From contig CAWJLO010000010.1 in assembly GCA_963843685.1 (NCBI GenBank), positions 390,933-454,932 of the forward strand: a DNA stretch of 64,000 bases, read 5' to 3'. The position numbers were made by a program, and so were the translations under genes. Below are positions 19,008-28,542 of this stretch, piece by piece. The notes under the pieces were generated by a model. It did no database searches and was not told where the DNA came from. It saw only the letters and a list, made by a program, of their open reading frames with translations. The DNA comes from an uncultured Chloroflexia bacterium. GTDB taxonomy: Bacteria; Chloroflexota; Dehalococcoidia; DSTF01; JACRBR01. Every line of letters starts with the position of its first letter. Position 1 is the stretch's first letter.

Positions 19008-19403
19008 TTGACAGCAGCCAAGCGGGAGCGACCGGCGCCAATCATGTGGGCGCTGATTTTGTCCGTGGTGAACGGCCTGGGAGCCGAGCTGTACGGGGCG
19101 GTCGCGCCGAACATAGACGAACGCGCGACCGTCGTGACGGTGGGCGCCGTGATCACTGTGATCATGATCGGCACTGCCTGGTGGCTGCTGGGAGGCTCGC
19201 GCTGGGCGGCGATCGCCGTCATCGCGGTGAACGCCATCAGCATCCTCATGGGGGTTCCGCCGTTCTTCGACGGGTCAGGCGGCAGCTTCCTTTTCGGAGA
19301 TGTGGTCAGCCTCATCCTCAGTGCTCTGACGATCGCCTGCGTTCTGAGCCCCGACGCGCGTGGATACTGGAACGCCGCCACCAAGCGGATGGCCGGGGCG
19401 TAA
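19008..19403 (+). CDS. Small hypothetical membrane protein
   Basis: 131 aa with 3-4 TM helices. TTG start with AGGAAGGA upstream. Preceded by TGnTAGAAT and followed by a hairpin terminator at 19430-19460. Confidence 0.4.
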   Translation: MTAAKRERPAPIMWALILSVVNGLGAELYGAVAPNIDERATVVTVGAVITVIMIGTAWWLLGGSRWAAIAVIAVNAISILMGVPPFFDGSGGSFLFGDVVSLILSALTIACVLSPDARGYWNAATKRMAGA

Positions 19404-19429
19404 ACCGCATCCCGCAGCGCGAGTAGCAA

Positions 19430-19460
19430 GAGGCCCCCGTTCAGACCGACCGGGGGCCTC
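19430..19460 (+). terminator. GC-rich hairpin (GAGGCCCCCG-11nt-CGGGGGCCTC), terminator-like
   Basis: Perfect 10-bp stem 27 nt after the stop of the 19008..19403 ORF. Confidence 0.35.
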
Positions 19461-19498
19461 ACCTTGCCCCAGGATTCGCCGTATCGCATCGTAGCGAT

Positions 19499-20539
19499 GT
19501 GAGTGACGAGACATCGGACACGGGCCGGGTCGCGGTCGAAGCGGCACGCCGTACGCTCGGCGAAGAGGCCGCCGTCAGCGAGCCGTGGAAGCTCGCGGGC
19601 GGAGCCATGCACGACTCGTGGGCGGTCGACGCGACGGTCGGCGGCGAGCGTCGCGAGCTCGTTGCACGGGTCAGCCCCGCGGGACGCGCCGACCACGAAA
19701 AGACCCGCCGAGAGTACGAGGTCCTGCGCGTCGCCTTCGCGCGCGGCATCCGCTGCCCGGAGCCGATCGCCATCGGCGAGTGCGAGGGCGGCCAAGATTA
19801 CCTTTTGATGGCGCGCGTCGGCGGCGACACCAACCCCCGACAGCTGATGCGCGCCGACGGGTTCCGCCCGATGCACGCCACGATGATCCAGCAGCTCGCG
19901 GAGGACCTCGCGAAGATCCACCGCATCGCGCCCGAGGATGTGGCCACCGCCCCGAACATGCGCGGCCCGGCGTCCGGCGAGGACGCGCTGGCCTGGCAGC
20001 GCCGCGCCGTCGAGGAGGCGTACCGCCTCGACCTCCTCGACCCGCACCCGGCGATCGAGTGGGCGTTCCGTTGGATCGACCGCGAAATCGCCCGCCTGGA
20101 ACCGACTCGCCGCCCGCCCTGCGTCGTGCACGGCGATTTCCGCATCGGCAACATGCTCTACGACGAGCGCGGCCTCACCTCGATCCTCGATTGGGAGGGC
20201 GTGCACGTCGGCGAGCCGGAGGAAGACCTAGCGTGGCTCTGCACGCGCGTCTGGCGCTTCGGCAGCACGCAGGAAGCCGGCGGCATCGCCACCCGAGAGG
20301 AGTGGCTACGGGCGTACGAGGCGGCGAGCGGAGAACGCATCGACCGCGCGCGCGTCGCCGCCTGGGAGGTGCTCCAGAACGTCCGCTGGTGCCAGATCAC
20401 GATGATGCAGGCGCGCGCCCACCTCGACGGCCACGTGAACAGCCACGAGCTGGCCGCGATCGGCCGCCGCACGGCCGAGACGGAGCTTGAGGTGCTGCGC
20501 CTCACCGGCGTGAAGGAGCGGGTGCTGCGTGCAGGATAG
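19499..20539 (+). CDS. Phosphotransferase (APH/ChoK kinase-like) family protein, paralog of 15600..16649
   Basis: VVHGDFRIGNMLY...ILDWEGVHVGEPEEDLAWL and a C-terminal ELAAIGRRTAETELEVLRL shared with the paralog. GTG start. Confidence 0.8.
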   Translation: MSDETSDTGRVAVEAARRTLGEEAAVSEPWKLAGGAMHDSWAVDATVGGERRELVARVSPAGRADHEKTRREYEVLRVAFARGIRCPEPIAIGECEGGQDYLLMARVGGDTNPRQLMRADGFRPMHATMIQQLAEDLAKIHRIAPEDVATAPNMRGPASGEDALAWQRRAVEEAYRLDLLDPHPAIEWAFRWIDREIARLEPTRRPPCVVHGDFRIGNMLYDERGLTSILDWEGVHVGEPEEDLAWLCTRVWRFGSTQEAGGIATREEWLRAYEAASGERIDRARVAAWEVLQNVRWCQITMMQARAHLDGHVNSHELAAIGRRTAETELEVLRLTGVKERVLRAG

Positions 20540-20912
20540 ACCGACAGCAACGGAACTGCTCGACGCACTCACCGACTTCATGCGTGACCGGGCGGCGCAC
20601 GCCCGCGACCGCTGGGAACGCTTCCAGTTCCAAGTCGCTGCCAACTCGCTCGGCATCGTCAGCCGCGAGCTGCAACTGGACGACGGATTCATACGCGAAG
20701 AGTGGCGCGGCCTCGATGCGCTCCTCGGCCCGGAGCCCATCCCCTCTCGCGGCACAGACGCCCTCCGCTCGCGCCTGCTCGAACGCAACACGCAGCTCGC
20801 CGAGCGCATCCGGCACGGCGACTTCGACGCCGACGACGACGCGCTCGTCCAGCATCTCTGGGAGACCATCGTCAACAAGGTGTGCATCGCCAGCCCGAAC
20901 GAACAGCCCTGA
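20529..20912 (+). CDS. Small conserved protein, paralog of 15209..15598
   Basis: See the paralog. Overlaps the kinase 3' end by 11 nt. Confidence 0.55.
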   Translation: MQDRPTATELLDALTDFMRDRAAHARDRWERFQFQVAANSLGIVSRELQLDDGFIREEWRGLDALLGPEPIPSRGTDALRSRLLERNTQLAERIRHGDFDADDDALVQHLWETIVNKVCIASPNEQP

Positions 20913-20947
20913 GCCCCAAAACGGACGACGCAGGAAGGACGACCATC

Positions 20948-22198
20948 ATGGACTTCGACATCCCGCAGGACGTACAGCAGCTCCTGAAGGACCTCGACGA
21001 CTTCATCGAGGCCGAGATCAAGCCGCTGGAGCAGCAGGACGACAACATTCGCTTCTTCGACCACCGGCGCGAGTACGCGCGCACGGACTTCGAGAACGGC
21101 GGAGTGCCACGGCCTGAGTGGGAGGCGCTGCTCGGCGAGATGCGGCGCAGGGCCGACAGGGCGGGCTTCCTGCGATACGGCATCCCGGCCAAGTACGGCG
21201 GGCGCGACGGCACGAACCTGGCGATGGCCATCGTCCGCGAGCACCTGGCGGCGAAGGGGCTGGGGCTGCACAACGACCTGCAGAACGAGTCGTCGATCGT
21301 GGGCAACTTCCCGACGATCAGGATGTGGGAGAACTACGGCAGCGAGGAGCAGCAGAAGGAGTTCCTCGACGGGATGTTCACCGGCAAGACGCGCGTGGCG
21401 TTCGGACTTACCGAGCCGAACCACGGATCGGACGCGTCGTGGCTGGAGACGAAGGCGACGCGAGACGGCGACGAGTGGGTGATCACGGGCCAGAAGCGCT
21501 TCAACAGCGGCCTGCACGCCGCCACGCACGACCTGATCTTCGCGCGGACGTCGGGTGACGAGGGACGAGCGCAAGGGATCAGCTGCTTCATCGTCCCAAC
21601 GAACACGCCCGGCTTCTCCGTGGACTTCATGTGGTGGACGTTCAACATGCCCACGGACCACGCGGAGGTGAGCCTGCGCGAGGTGCGGGTGCCGGCGACG
21701 GCGATGCTTGGGCGCGAGGGCGACGGGCTGGCGCTGGCGAACACATTCACGCACGAGAACCGCATCCGGCAGGCGGCGTCTGGTGTCGGCGCGGCGCAGT
21801 ACTGCATCGACCAGTCGGTCGAATACGCGCGCAACCGCACGACGTTCGGGCAACCGCTGTCGAGCCGACAGGCGATCCAGTTTCCGCTCGTGGAGCTGCA
21901 GACGGAGTGCGAGATGGTGCGCCAGCTCGTACGCAAGACGGCGTGGGAACTGGACCACAGGCACCACATGGAGATCAGCGACAAAGTCGCGATGTGCAAC
22001 TACCGCGCCAACAAGCTGGTGTGCGAGGCGGCGGATCGCGCGATCCAGGTGCACGGCGGCATCGGCTACACGCGCCATATGCCGTTCGAGCACATCTACC
22101 GCCACCACCGCCGCTACCGGATCACGGAGGGTTCGGAGGAGATCCAGATGCGCCGGATCGCCCAGATCATGTTCGGGTTCGGCCGGCCGCGGGAGTGA
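20948..22198 (+). CDS. Acyl-CoA dehydrogenase
   Basis: MDFDIPQDVQQLLKDLDDFIEAEI...GLTEPNHGSDAS...QVHGGIGYT are ACAD family motifs. 416 aa. ATG at 20948. Confidence 0.85.
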   Translation: MDFDIPQDVQQLLKDLDDFIEAEIKPLEQQDDNIRFFDHRREYARTDFENGGVPRPEWEALLGEMRRRADRAGFLRYGIPAKYGGRDGTNLAMAIVREHLAAKGLGLHNDLQNESSIVGNFPTIRMWENYGSEEQQKEFLDGMFTGKTRVAFGLTEPNHGSDASWLETKATRDGDEWVITGQKRFNSGLHAATHDLIFARTSGDEGRAQGISCFIVPTNTPGFSVDFMWWTFNMPTDHAEVSLREVRVPATAMLGREGDGLALANTFTHENRIRQAASGVGAAQYCIDQSVEYARNRTTFGQPLSSRQAIQFPLVELQTECEMVRQLVRKTAWELDHRHHMEISDKVAMCNYRANKLVCEAADRAIQVHGGIGYTRHMPFEHIYRHHRRYRITEGSEEIQMRRIAQIMFGFGRPRE

Positions 22199-22207
22199 GA
22201 CTACCGC

Positions 22208-24233
22208 CTAACGAACCGTGACCGTGCCGACGTTTCTGAGTTCACGCGACTGGCTTTGCGCGACTGCGGGATCGCCTTGCGAGTCGAAGACAGCAAGGCG
22301 GATCTGGTACGTGCCCGGAGCGATCGAGCGCGGGACGAGAACGAAGTAGGATTCGCGCACGAGATCACCAGGCTTCCACGCAGACGTGGTGAGCGCGCCC
22401 TCGCCGATCACGCGGGTCTGCGACCAGTCTGGGAACCCGCGCACGCTGGCGGCCTGTCCAGAGGCATCGAAGAAGAGCGTGGTCGCGGAAAGGTCATCGG
22501 ACAGGGGAGCGTCGGCGCGCCAGTAGTACGAGAACTCGGCAAGGGTGCCGCGCTCGACGGTCGACTGATCCTCCTCGAACCCGGCGAGCGTCACGCCCTG
22601 GGAGAAGGGCACGTCTTGCTCGGCGCCTGACGGCACGGCCGTCGCGCGCGGGTCCGGGGCCGTGGCGTAGAGCCTGTACAGCGTGCCCGTCATGGCGAGG
22701 TCGTCGCGATACGCGGGTTTCGGCAGCACATCGGTCAGCATCCGCTCGATGCCGTCCGTGAGCACGGGCTGGACGGAGAACGTCCGGCGGAGATCGGCGA
22801 GCGGCGTGCGCAGGCCCTGAGCGACGTACACCGGCCGGCCCGCCGCCTCCTGCTCACGGGCGAAGGCTGCGACGTCCTCCCCGGGCACCGAGAAGATCGG
22901 CGAGACGAGGACGTCGCGCCGCTGCCCTTCGACCATCTGTACGTACCAGAGCGGGCTCGCGGTCCAGGTGTCGGTAAGGACAACGGCGCGATCCGGGAGG
23001 TGTGCCAGCGTCTGCGCGGCGAAGTCATGCGCCGCGTAGTCGCTGCTTCTGTCGACGCGCGCGTGGTTCTTCGCGAGAAGCGCCAGCGGCAAGAGCGCGA
23101 GCAGCGAGCCGAGCGCGGCCGTACGCAGCCACGGCCGGACGCTCGAGGCATCGGCGCGGCGGACGACATCGATGATCCACGCGGCGCCCACGCCGACGAG
23201 CACGCAGAGGGCGAGGTAGCCGGGCGTGAGGTAGTTGTAGATGTTGTGGATGGAGTAGGCCTCGACGACGAGCGCGTCGAGGAACACCACCATCGCGAAA
23301 TAGGCGGCGACGGCGCGTTGGCGCCGCGCGCAGGCGACGAGGCCGAGGGCGGCGATCGCGAGGCCGGCCCACGTGAGGTCATATGAGGGGTACGACCAGA
23401 GCACGTTGATACGGTCCGCGAGGTCGAAGCGCCAGTAGGCGGAAGGGGTCTGTCCGTTCAGGAACATCGACCAGTAGGTGTGCCAGTTCGCCGGCTGCGC
23501 CCAGTTCAGCATTGGGTGCTGCGAGGCCCGGATCGGCAGGTAGATGTACACGCCGAGGCCGAGCACGAACATCGCAATCGCCGCGATTACGGTCCTCGGG
23601 CGCAGGCTACGCCAGCCCAGCAGCAGCAGCATCGCGGACGGCGGCGCCGTGAGGACGATGAGCCGGTGGTTACACATGCCCAGCCCGAATGCCAGGGCGG
23701 CCAACGCGAGCGACTGCGGCGACCGGTCGCGCCACCAGGCGAGCATGCAGCGGACGACGATGGCGGTGATCAGCAGGTTCAGACCGTAGGACGTCGCCCA
23801 GGTGGCGTTGGCCCAGACGGTCGATGCGAATGCGAGTGTGAGGGCGCCGATCACGGCGGCCACGGGCTCGTCGGTCAGGTCGTGAATCGTCGCCGCCACG
23901 ACGCCGGCAGCGGCCGCGGTGCACACGGCGGACATGAGGTTCACGCGATATGCGGTCGTGCCGACAGGGCAGAAACGTGAAGAGCTTCCCGAGGAGGATC
24001 AGCAGCGGATAGCCGGTGTTGTGGGCGATACCCAGCGTCGCGGAGGCCGTGGTGAACTCGCCCATGTCGTACCACATGACCGTCGGCGCGAGCGTCGTCA
24101 GATACACAGCGAACGCCGCGCCGCCAGCGCAGAAGGTGACGGCGATGGACAGCGCGCGATGGCTCAGGCGGACTCGGGGGAGCCGCGCAGACCAGGCAAG
24201 ACCCGGGGCGCGATGCGGCAGGTCAAGCTGCAT
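22208..24233 (-). CDS. DUF2723 / GT-C family (PMT/ArnT-like) membrane glycosyltransferase, interrupted by apparent +1 frameshift near 23960-23970
   Basis: The N-terminus (ALSIAVTFCAGGAAFAVYLTTLAPTVMWYDMGEFTTASATLGIAHNTGYPLLILLGKLFTFLP) lies in the frame of track ORF 23670..24302. The downstream reading PVGTTAYRVNLMSAVCTAAAAG... continues in the frame of ORF 22208..23944. About 11 TM helices plus a C-terminal soluble domain. Confidence 0.65.
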
Positions 24234-25323
24234 TGAGCGCGCTGCCGCCGAGCAGGCGGCCGAGCTCCTCGGGCGACCGCGAGAACGCCAGTGCGGTCTC
24301 ACGCGAGATCGTCTGATGGCGCACGCGATCCGCCAGCTCCTGATCGAGGGTGCGCATGCCGATCGCGGCGCCGGTCGCCATGACGGTGGGGATCTGGTGC
24401 GTCTTCGCTTCCCGGATGAGGTTGCGGACGGCGGACGTGCCGAGCATCACCTCGCACACGGCGAGACGGCCGTCCCCGGCGACGTTGGGCACGAGCACCT
24501 GCGAGATGATGGCCTCGATCACCATCGAGAGCTGGAGGCGGATCTGCGGCTGCTGGTAGCTGGGAAAGGCGTCGACGATGCGGTCGATCGTCTGCGGTGC
24601 GTCGGGCGTGTGGAGGGTCGCGAAGACGAGGTGGCCGGTCTCGGCGGCGGTGATAGCCGACGCCATCGTCTCCAGGTCGCGCATCTCGCCCACGAGTATG
24701 ACGTCGGGGTCCTGCCGGAGGACGTGCCGCAGCGCTTCGGCGAACGACCGAGTGTCGATGCCGACCTCGCGCTGCTTGATCACGCTGGTGTGATTGGCAT
24801 GGAGGAACTCGATTGGGTCTTCTACGGTGACGATGTGGCGCGCATCGCGGCGGTTGATCCGGTCGATCATCGACGCCAGTGTCGTCGACTTACCGCTGCC
24901 CGTCGGGCCGGTAACCAGTACGAGGCCCCGCGGGAGTTGCGTCAGCCGCTCGCAGACCTGCGGCAGGCCAAGTTCCTCCATCGAAAGCACGGTGTCGTTG
25001 ACGCGACGAAAGGCGAAGTAGAGATGGCCGCGCTCGTACGCGACGTTGGCACGGAAGCGGCCGACGCCGTCGACGTGGAGCGCCTTGTCCAACTCACGCG
25101 CGCTCTCCAGCCGGGCGCGCTCGTCAGGGCTGGTGACGAAGTCCAGGATGTGTGAAAGGTCGCCGTCGTCGAGGGGATCCACGCCGGCGATCGGCGCCAG
25201 GCCGCCGTGAACCCGGCAGATGGGCGGTGTGCCGAACGAGAGGTGCAGGTCGGATGCGTCGCGCGCGGCCATCTCGCGCAACAGTTCGACGATCGAAACC
25301 GCGCCGTCTGCTCCGTCGATCAC
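24223..25323 (-). CDS. pilT: Type IV pilus retraction ATPase PilT
   Basis: IVELLREMAARDASDLHL..., Walker A (VLVTGPTGSGKSTTLASMI), the Asp box and the His box, and AIRNLIRE. Probable GTG start at 25323. Confidence 0.85.
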   Translation of the reverse strand: MIDGADGAVSIVELLREMAARDASDLHLSFGTPPICRVHGGLAPIAGVDPLDDGDLSHILDFVTSPDERARLESARELDKALHVDGVGRFRANVAYERGHLYFAFRRVNDTVLSMEELGLPQVCERLTQLPRGLVLVTGPTGSGKSTTLASMIDRINRRDARHIVTVEDPIEFLHANHTSVIKQREVGIDTRSFAEALRHVLRQDPDVILVGEMRDLETMASAITAAETGHLVFATLHTPDAPQTIDRIVDAFPSYQQPQIRLQLSMVIEAIISQVLVPNVAGDGRLAVCEVMLGTSAVRNLIREAKTHQIPTVMATGAAIGMRTLDQELADRVRHQTISRETALAFSRSPEELGRLLGGSALNAA

Positions 25324-25679
25324 GACGCAACTCCTCGTCTCAGTGCGATGCCGCAGACAACGATGAGGCCCTCGCTCGCGGCCGCGATCGCGGTTGCGGC
25401 GGCCGGCGGAAATGTCATGAACGCGACCGCGAACACGGCGGCCGAAGCCGCCTCCACGGTAGGTGCCCGGAGGCCAATCGATGCGTGGCAGGTCGCGCAC
25501 CGCCCTCGGAGGAGCAGATAGCTGAGGATCGGCACGAGCTCCGACGGTCGGAGCACGCGGCCGCAGGCGTCGCAGCAGGAGCGCCCGTTGAGTGATCGGC
25601 GCGCCGGCACACGATCGATGGCCGCATTGGCGAAGCTTCCGAAGGCGAGGCCGAAGAGCGCCGCATAGACAGCCATCAT
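25320..25679 (-). CDS. Prepilin peptidase N-terminal domain-only protein (A24 N-terminal Zn-binding domain; no peptidase domain)
   Basis: 119 aa: LFGLAFGSFANAAIDRVP...RSCCDACGRVL...LRGRCATCHASIG, i.e. two CxxC pairs as in the PilD N-terminal domain. The ORF ends 3 nt before the pilT start, so there is no room for the catalytic TM domain. Confidence 0.6.
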   Translation of the reverse strand: MMAVYAALFGLAFGSFANAAIDRVPARRSLNGRSCCDACGRVLRPSELVPILSYLLLRGRCATCHASIGLRAPTVEAASAAVFAVAFMTFPPAAATAIAAASEGLIVVCGIALRRGVAS

Positions 25680-26257
25680 CGCTCGACCTCCAGCGTGAAC
25701 GCGCCGCCCCGGGCTGCGTCAGGAGTAAAGGAGATCATGCGCGCTGAGGAGAAGCTCTCGACCGAGACGAGCCTGTCAGCGTAAGCGATGGCATCGAGCG
25801 GGCCGGCGGCGACGCCGTCAACCTTGAAGCCGCCGTCGGTGCCGGCGATGGTCGTGAGGCGCGCGCCTGGTGGCAACAATCCGGGCGCCCAGAGGCGGGC
25901 GAGGTCGTCGTCGAGCGGCCGGACGCCGCCCTGGATCAGCGCTCGTTGCCGCTCGATAGCGGTGATCTTGGTCGTGAGGTCGGCCAGCTCGATCCGCTGG
26001 GCGCGCTGGCTTGCGACGTCCAGTTGCAGGCCGTGCAACGACGCCTCCGCCTCGCTGGCCTGGGTCGCGGCGTCGTCGGCGCGTTGCTGCGCGCGTTCGG
26101 CGCGCACGCCGAACGGGATCAACGCGACGAGCAGGAGCACGAACACGGCTCCGGCCACGACCGCCCATGCGGGCGCTTCCCGCGGGCGCTGGTCGCGCGG
26201 CAGCAGGTTCAGATCGACAATGAGGCCCGAACGGCCGCGAAGATCCAGGGTGCTCAT
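25676..26257 (-). CDS. pilN: Type IV pilus assembly protein PilN-like
   Basis: N-terminal IVDLNLLPRDQR (the INLLP motif), a single TM, a coiled coil, then a C-terminal domain. ATGA overlap with pilM. Confidence 0.6.
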   Translation of the reverse strand: MSTLDLRGRSGLIVDLNLLPRDQRPREAPAWAVVAGAVFVLLLVALIPFGVRAERAQQRADDAATQASEAEASLHGLQLDVASQRAQRIELADLTTKITAIERQRALIQGGVRPLDDDLARLWAPGLLPPGARLTTIAGTDGGFKVDGVAAGPLDAIAYADRLVSVESFSSARMISFTPDAARGGAFTLEVER

Positions 26258-27147
26258 GCCGCGAGCTCCTTGAGCGCCAGACCGACATTCGCGGCGAAAC
26301 GCGCTGTGTCGGAATCCGGGCGGATGGGGATGCGCAGATGCGGCATCGTCACTTCGTGACCGGTCTGGGCAGCAATCTCCACTGAGAAGAGCGCTTGCGG
26401 CGCCGCGCCGCCGACAAGCGAGATCGGAAAGGCGTCGACCTCCACCTCGTCCCGGTGAGAGTCGCGATAGAACTTGAGTGTGCGCACGAGCTCTTCGGTG
26501 AGCTGCTGCCCCCAAGCGGGGTCGTCGACGGACGCGGACATGCCTATGTAGCGGACGATGGCGGGGACGCCGCTCCGGAAGATGGCGAGTTCGATCTCCT
26601 CGCTCTCCAGGTGGGCGATGATGCAGTCCGGCTCGCCGACGGCGCGCGCGGCGGCGATGACGCGCAGGTCGGCCGCGACAGGGGTCAGGCGGGCCGCACG
26701 CAGCGCCGCGATGTGCGAGTCGAGCACGTCGCGGGCGACGCCGATGACGAAGACGCGCACCTTGCCCTCGTGCTCCGTCGTGCGGGTCCACGAAACGTAC
26801 GCGTTGTCGGCGAGCATGGGCATCTCGCGGCGGATCTCGCGCTCGGCCATCTCCGTGAACTGCTTGCCGCGCAGAGCGGGCAGCTCCAGCGTGCGAAAGA
26901 CGGAGCGCTGCGCAGGCAGGGCCGCGACGACGCGCATCCGGCGCCGGCCAGGGAAGCCGGGCGCGGCCCGCAGCGCCGCGCCCGCTGCCGCGGGATCGGT
27001 GATCACGCCGTCAACTACGAAGTGCGGCGGCAGGGCCACCGCACCCACGGAAGACACGCGTCCGGGACGCCCGAGCGTCCAGCGCGCTTCCCCCTCGTGG
27101 ACGGCGACGGTGAGGACTGGCTGGCGCAGCAGCGCGCGGATGTTCAT
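26254..27147 (-). CDS. pilM: Type IV pilus assembly protein PilM-like (actin-like ATPase fold, short form)
   Basis: 297 aa with a glycine-rich actin-fold segment (LVGGAAP) and the typical operon context upstream of pilN. Confidence 0.65.
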   Translation of the reverse strand: MNIRALLRQPVLTVAVHEGEARWTLGRPGRVSSVGAVALPPHFVVDGVITDPAAAGAALRAAPGFPGRRRMRVVAALPAQRSVFRTLELPALRGKQFTEMAEREIRREMPMLADNAYVSWTRTTEHEGKVRVFVIGVARDVLDSHIAALRAARLTPVAADLRVIAAARAVGEPDCIIAHLESEEIELAIFRSGVPAIVRYIGMSASVDDPAWGQQLTEELVRTLKFYRDSHRDEVEVDAFPISLVGGAAPQALFSVEIAAQTGHEVTMPHLRIPIRPDSDTARFAANVGLALKELAA

Positions 27148-27788
27148 GGCCGGACCCCCGGTGTGCTGGCCGCGGCGACCGCCGTCGGCGTGGCCGCTTC
27201 GCTGTAGGCCCTGAACGACAGCTCCGCCTGCGCGAGCCCGGCGTCCGTCACGTTCATCGAGACCAGCAACGGGAACATGGCGGGCTCGGTCTTCCGCATG
27301 TCCATGAGATACGCGGCGACCTGGACGGGCGATCCGCTGACCGACACGGTCAGCGCTTGCACGTCGTAAGTGACGTCCCCGATCCGCGCCGACGCCGGAG
27401 CCACGCGCGTGATCCCACGCACGTCAAGCCCGGCCGCGTCCGCGTGTAGCACGAGGAGCGCGGTCGCGGCATCGGACGCTGGATCGACGTCCGGTGTGAG
27501 CGGCTCCGCCTGCCAGGCGGCGTACTCGGCGCGGGCCCACTTGAGCTGATCGGCCAGATTCTCCGATGCACCCGGGGGCAACGCCAGGAGCTGCTGCGCG
27601 TCGGCGGTGCGCTGCTGCGCGTCGCGCTCGTCGCGCTGTGCGTTGTGCGCCGCGAGGAACGTGGACGTATAGGCGATGGCGAGCACGGCAGCGGCAAGAC
27701 CAACGAGCACGTGCGGCGGGATGTGCACCGAACGGGGAGCGCCAGCCAGGGCGCGTCGCCAGCCCTTTCGTGTCAGTTCAACTGCCAC
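27144..27788 (-). CDS. PilO-like bitopic membrane protein
   Basis: Short cytoplasmic N-terminus, one TM (VLVGLAAAVLAIAYTSTFLAA), a coiled-coil region, then a C-terminal domain. Position in the operon is consistent with pilO. Confidence 0.45.
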   Translation of the reverse strand: MAVELTRKGWRRALAGAPRSVHIPPHVLVGLAAAVLAIAYTSTFLAAHNAQRDERDAQQRTADAQQLLALPPGASENLADQLKWARAEYAAWQAEPLTPDVDPASDAATALLVLHADAAGLDVRGITRVAPASARIGDVTYDVQALTVSVSGSPVQVAAYLMDMRKTEPAMFPLLVSMNVTDAGLAQAELSFRAYSEAATPTAVAAASTPGVRP

Positions 27789-28540
27789 GACGCCACCTTC
27801 AAGCCGCTATACCCCGCCACAAGACGCGCCACGGAGCTGCGGCTACCCACGGTCGACGCCACCTCGTAGGTGGCGGCCGGGACGCTCAACGTGATCGTGC
27901 CGGTCGTCGCGACGTCCGTTTCGATCACGAGCTTGTACGTGCCCGCCGAGGCGAGCGTGAAATCCGCCTGGTAAGGAGAGGAGGCAAAGGGCGGCGCCAG
28001 AGGCCCGGAAGGACAGCTCGCCACGCCGGGGAGCAGTGTCGCGCGCACCTGGCCCGACGATGTCGTGATGCGAGCGGAGAGCGTGCCGGCGTCTGACGCC
28101 TGCACGTCGTAGCATTCGAGGAGCGCTCCGCTGTTCCACACGGGGGTCTGCGCCTCCACCGCACCTGCACCGGCCACGAATCTGACCTGGGTGGCCGGGA
28201 ACGCGGCTCCGTTCACCGTGGCGGGCGGCAACGGTGAGAAAGCCGTGATTGGCTCAAAGCTGGTGTCGGAGGTGAGCAGGGGATTCGATATGAGGAGATA
28301 CCCTGACCACTCGATTCCCGCATCCATGCTGTAGCGCTCCAGCGCCCTGATGCCGACCTGATTGGTGTAGCGGGAGTCTGTGCTGGCCCCGGTCAGGAGC
28401 GGCGTGACGAGGAGCGCGCCGACAGCGAGCGCGGCGATGGCGAGCGGCAGCGCCTGCCCCCGCGCGTCCCGCAGCGCCTCCAGACGCCGTCGCCAGCTCT
28501 CTACCGCCGTCATCCGCGTCACTGGCCTCCTCATCTCCAC
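27773..28540 (-). CDS. Hypothetical membrane-anchored protein within pilus operon
   Basis: N-terminal hydrophobic segment LPLAIAALAVGALLVTPLLT with no Glu at +5. About 250 aa. Confidence 0.4.
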   Translation of the reverse strand: MEMRRPVTRMTAVESWRRRLEALRDARGQALPLAIAALAVGALLVTPLLTGASTDSRYTNQVGIRALERYSMDAGIEWSGYLLISNPLLTSDTSFEPITAFSPLPPATVNGAAFPATQVRFVAGAGAVEAQTPVWNSGALLECYDVQASDAGTLSARITTSSGQVRATLLPGVASCPSGPLAPPFASSPYQADFTLASAGTYKLVIETDVATTGTITLSVPAATYEVASTVGSRSSVARLVAGYSGLKVASWQLN

Positions 28541-28542
28541 GC

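Noticed and set aside
24234-24302. Earlier start (MRPHWRS...) for the DUF2723 gene
   Set aside because: It would overlap the pilT 3' end by about 80 nt. The ATG at 24233 (MQLDLPHR...) precedes the first TM helix and leaves an 8-nt gap.
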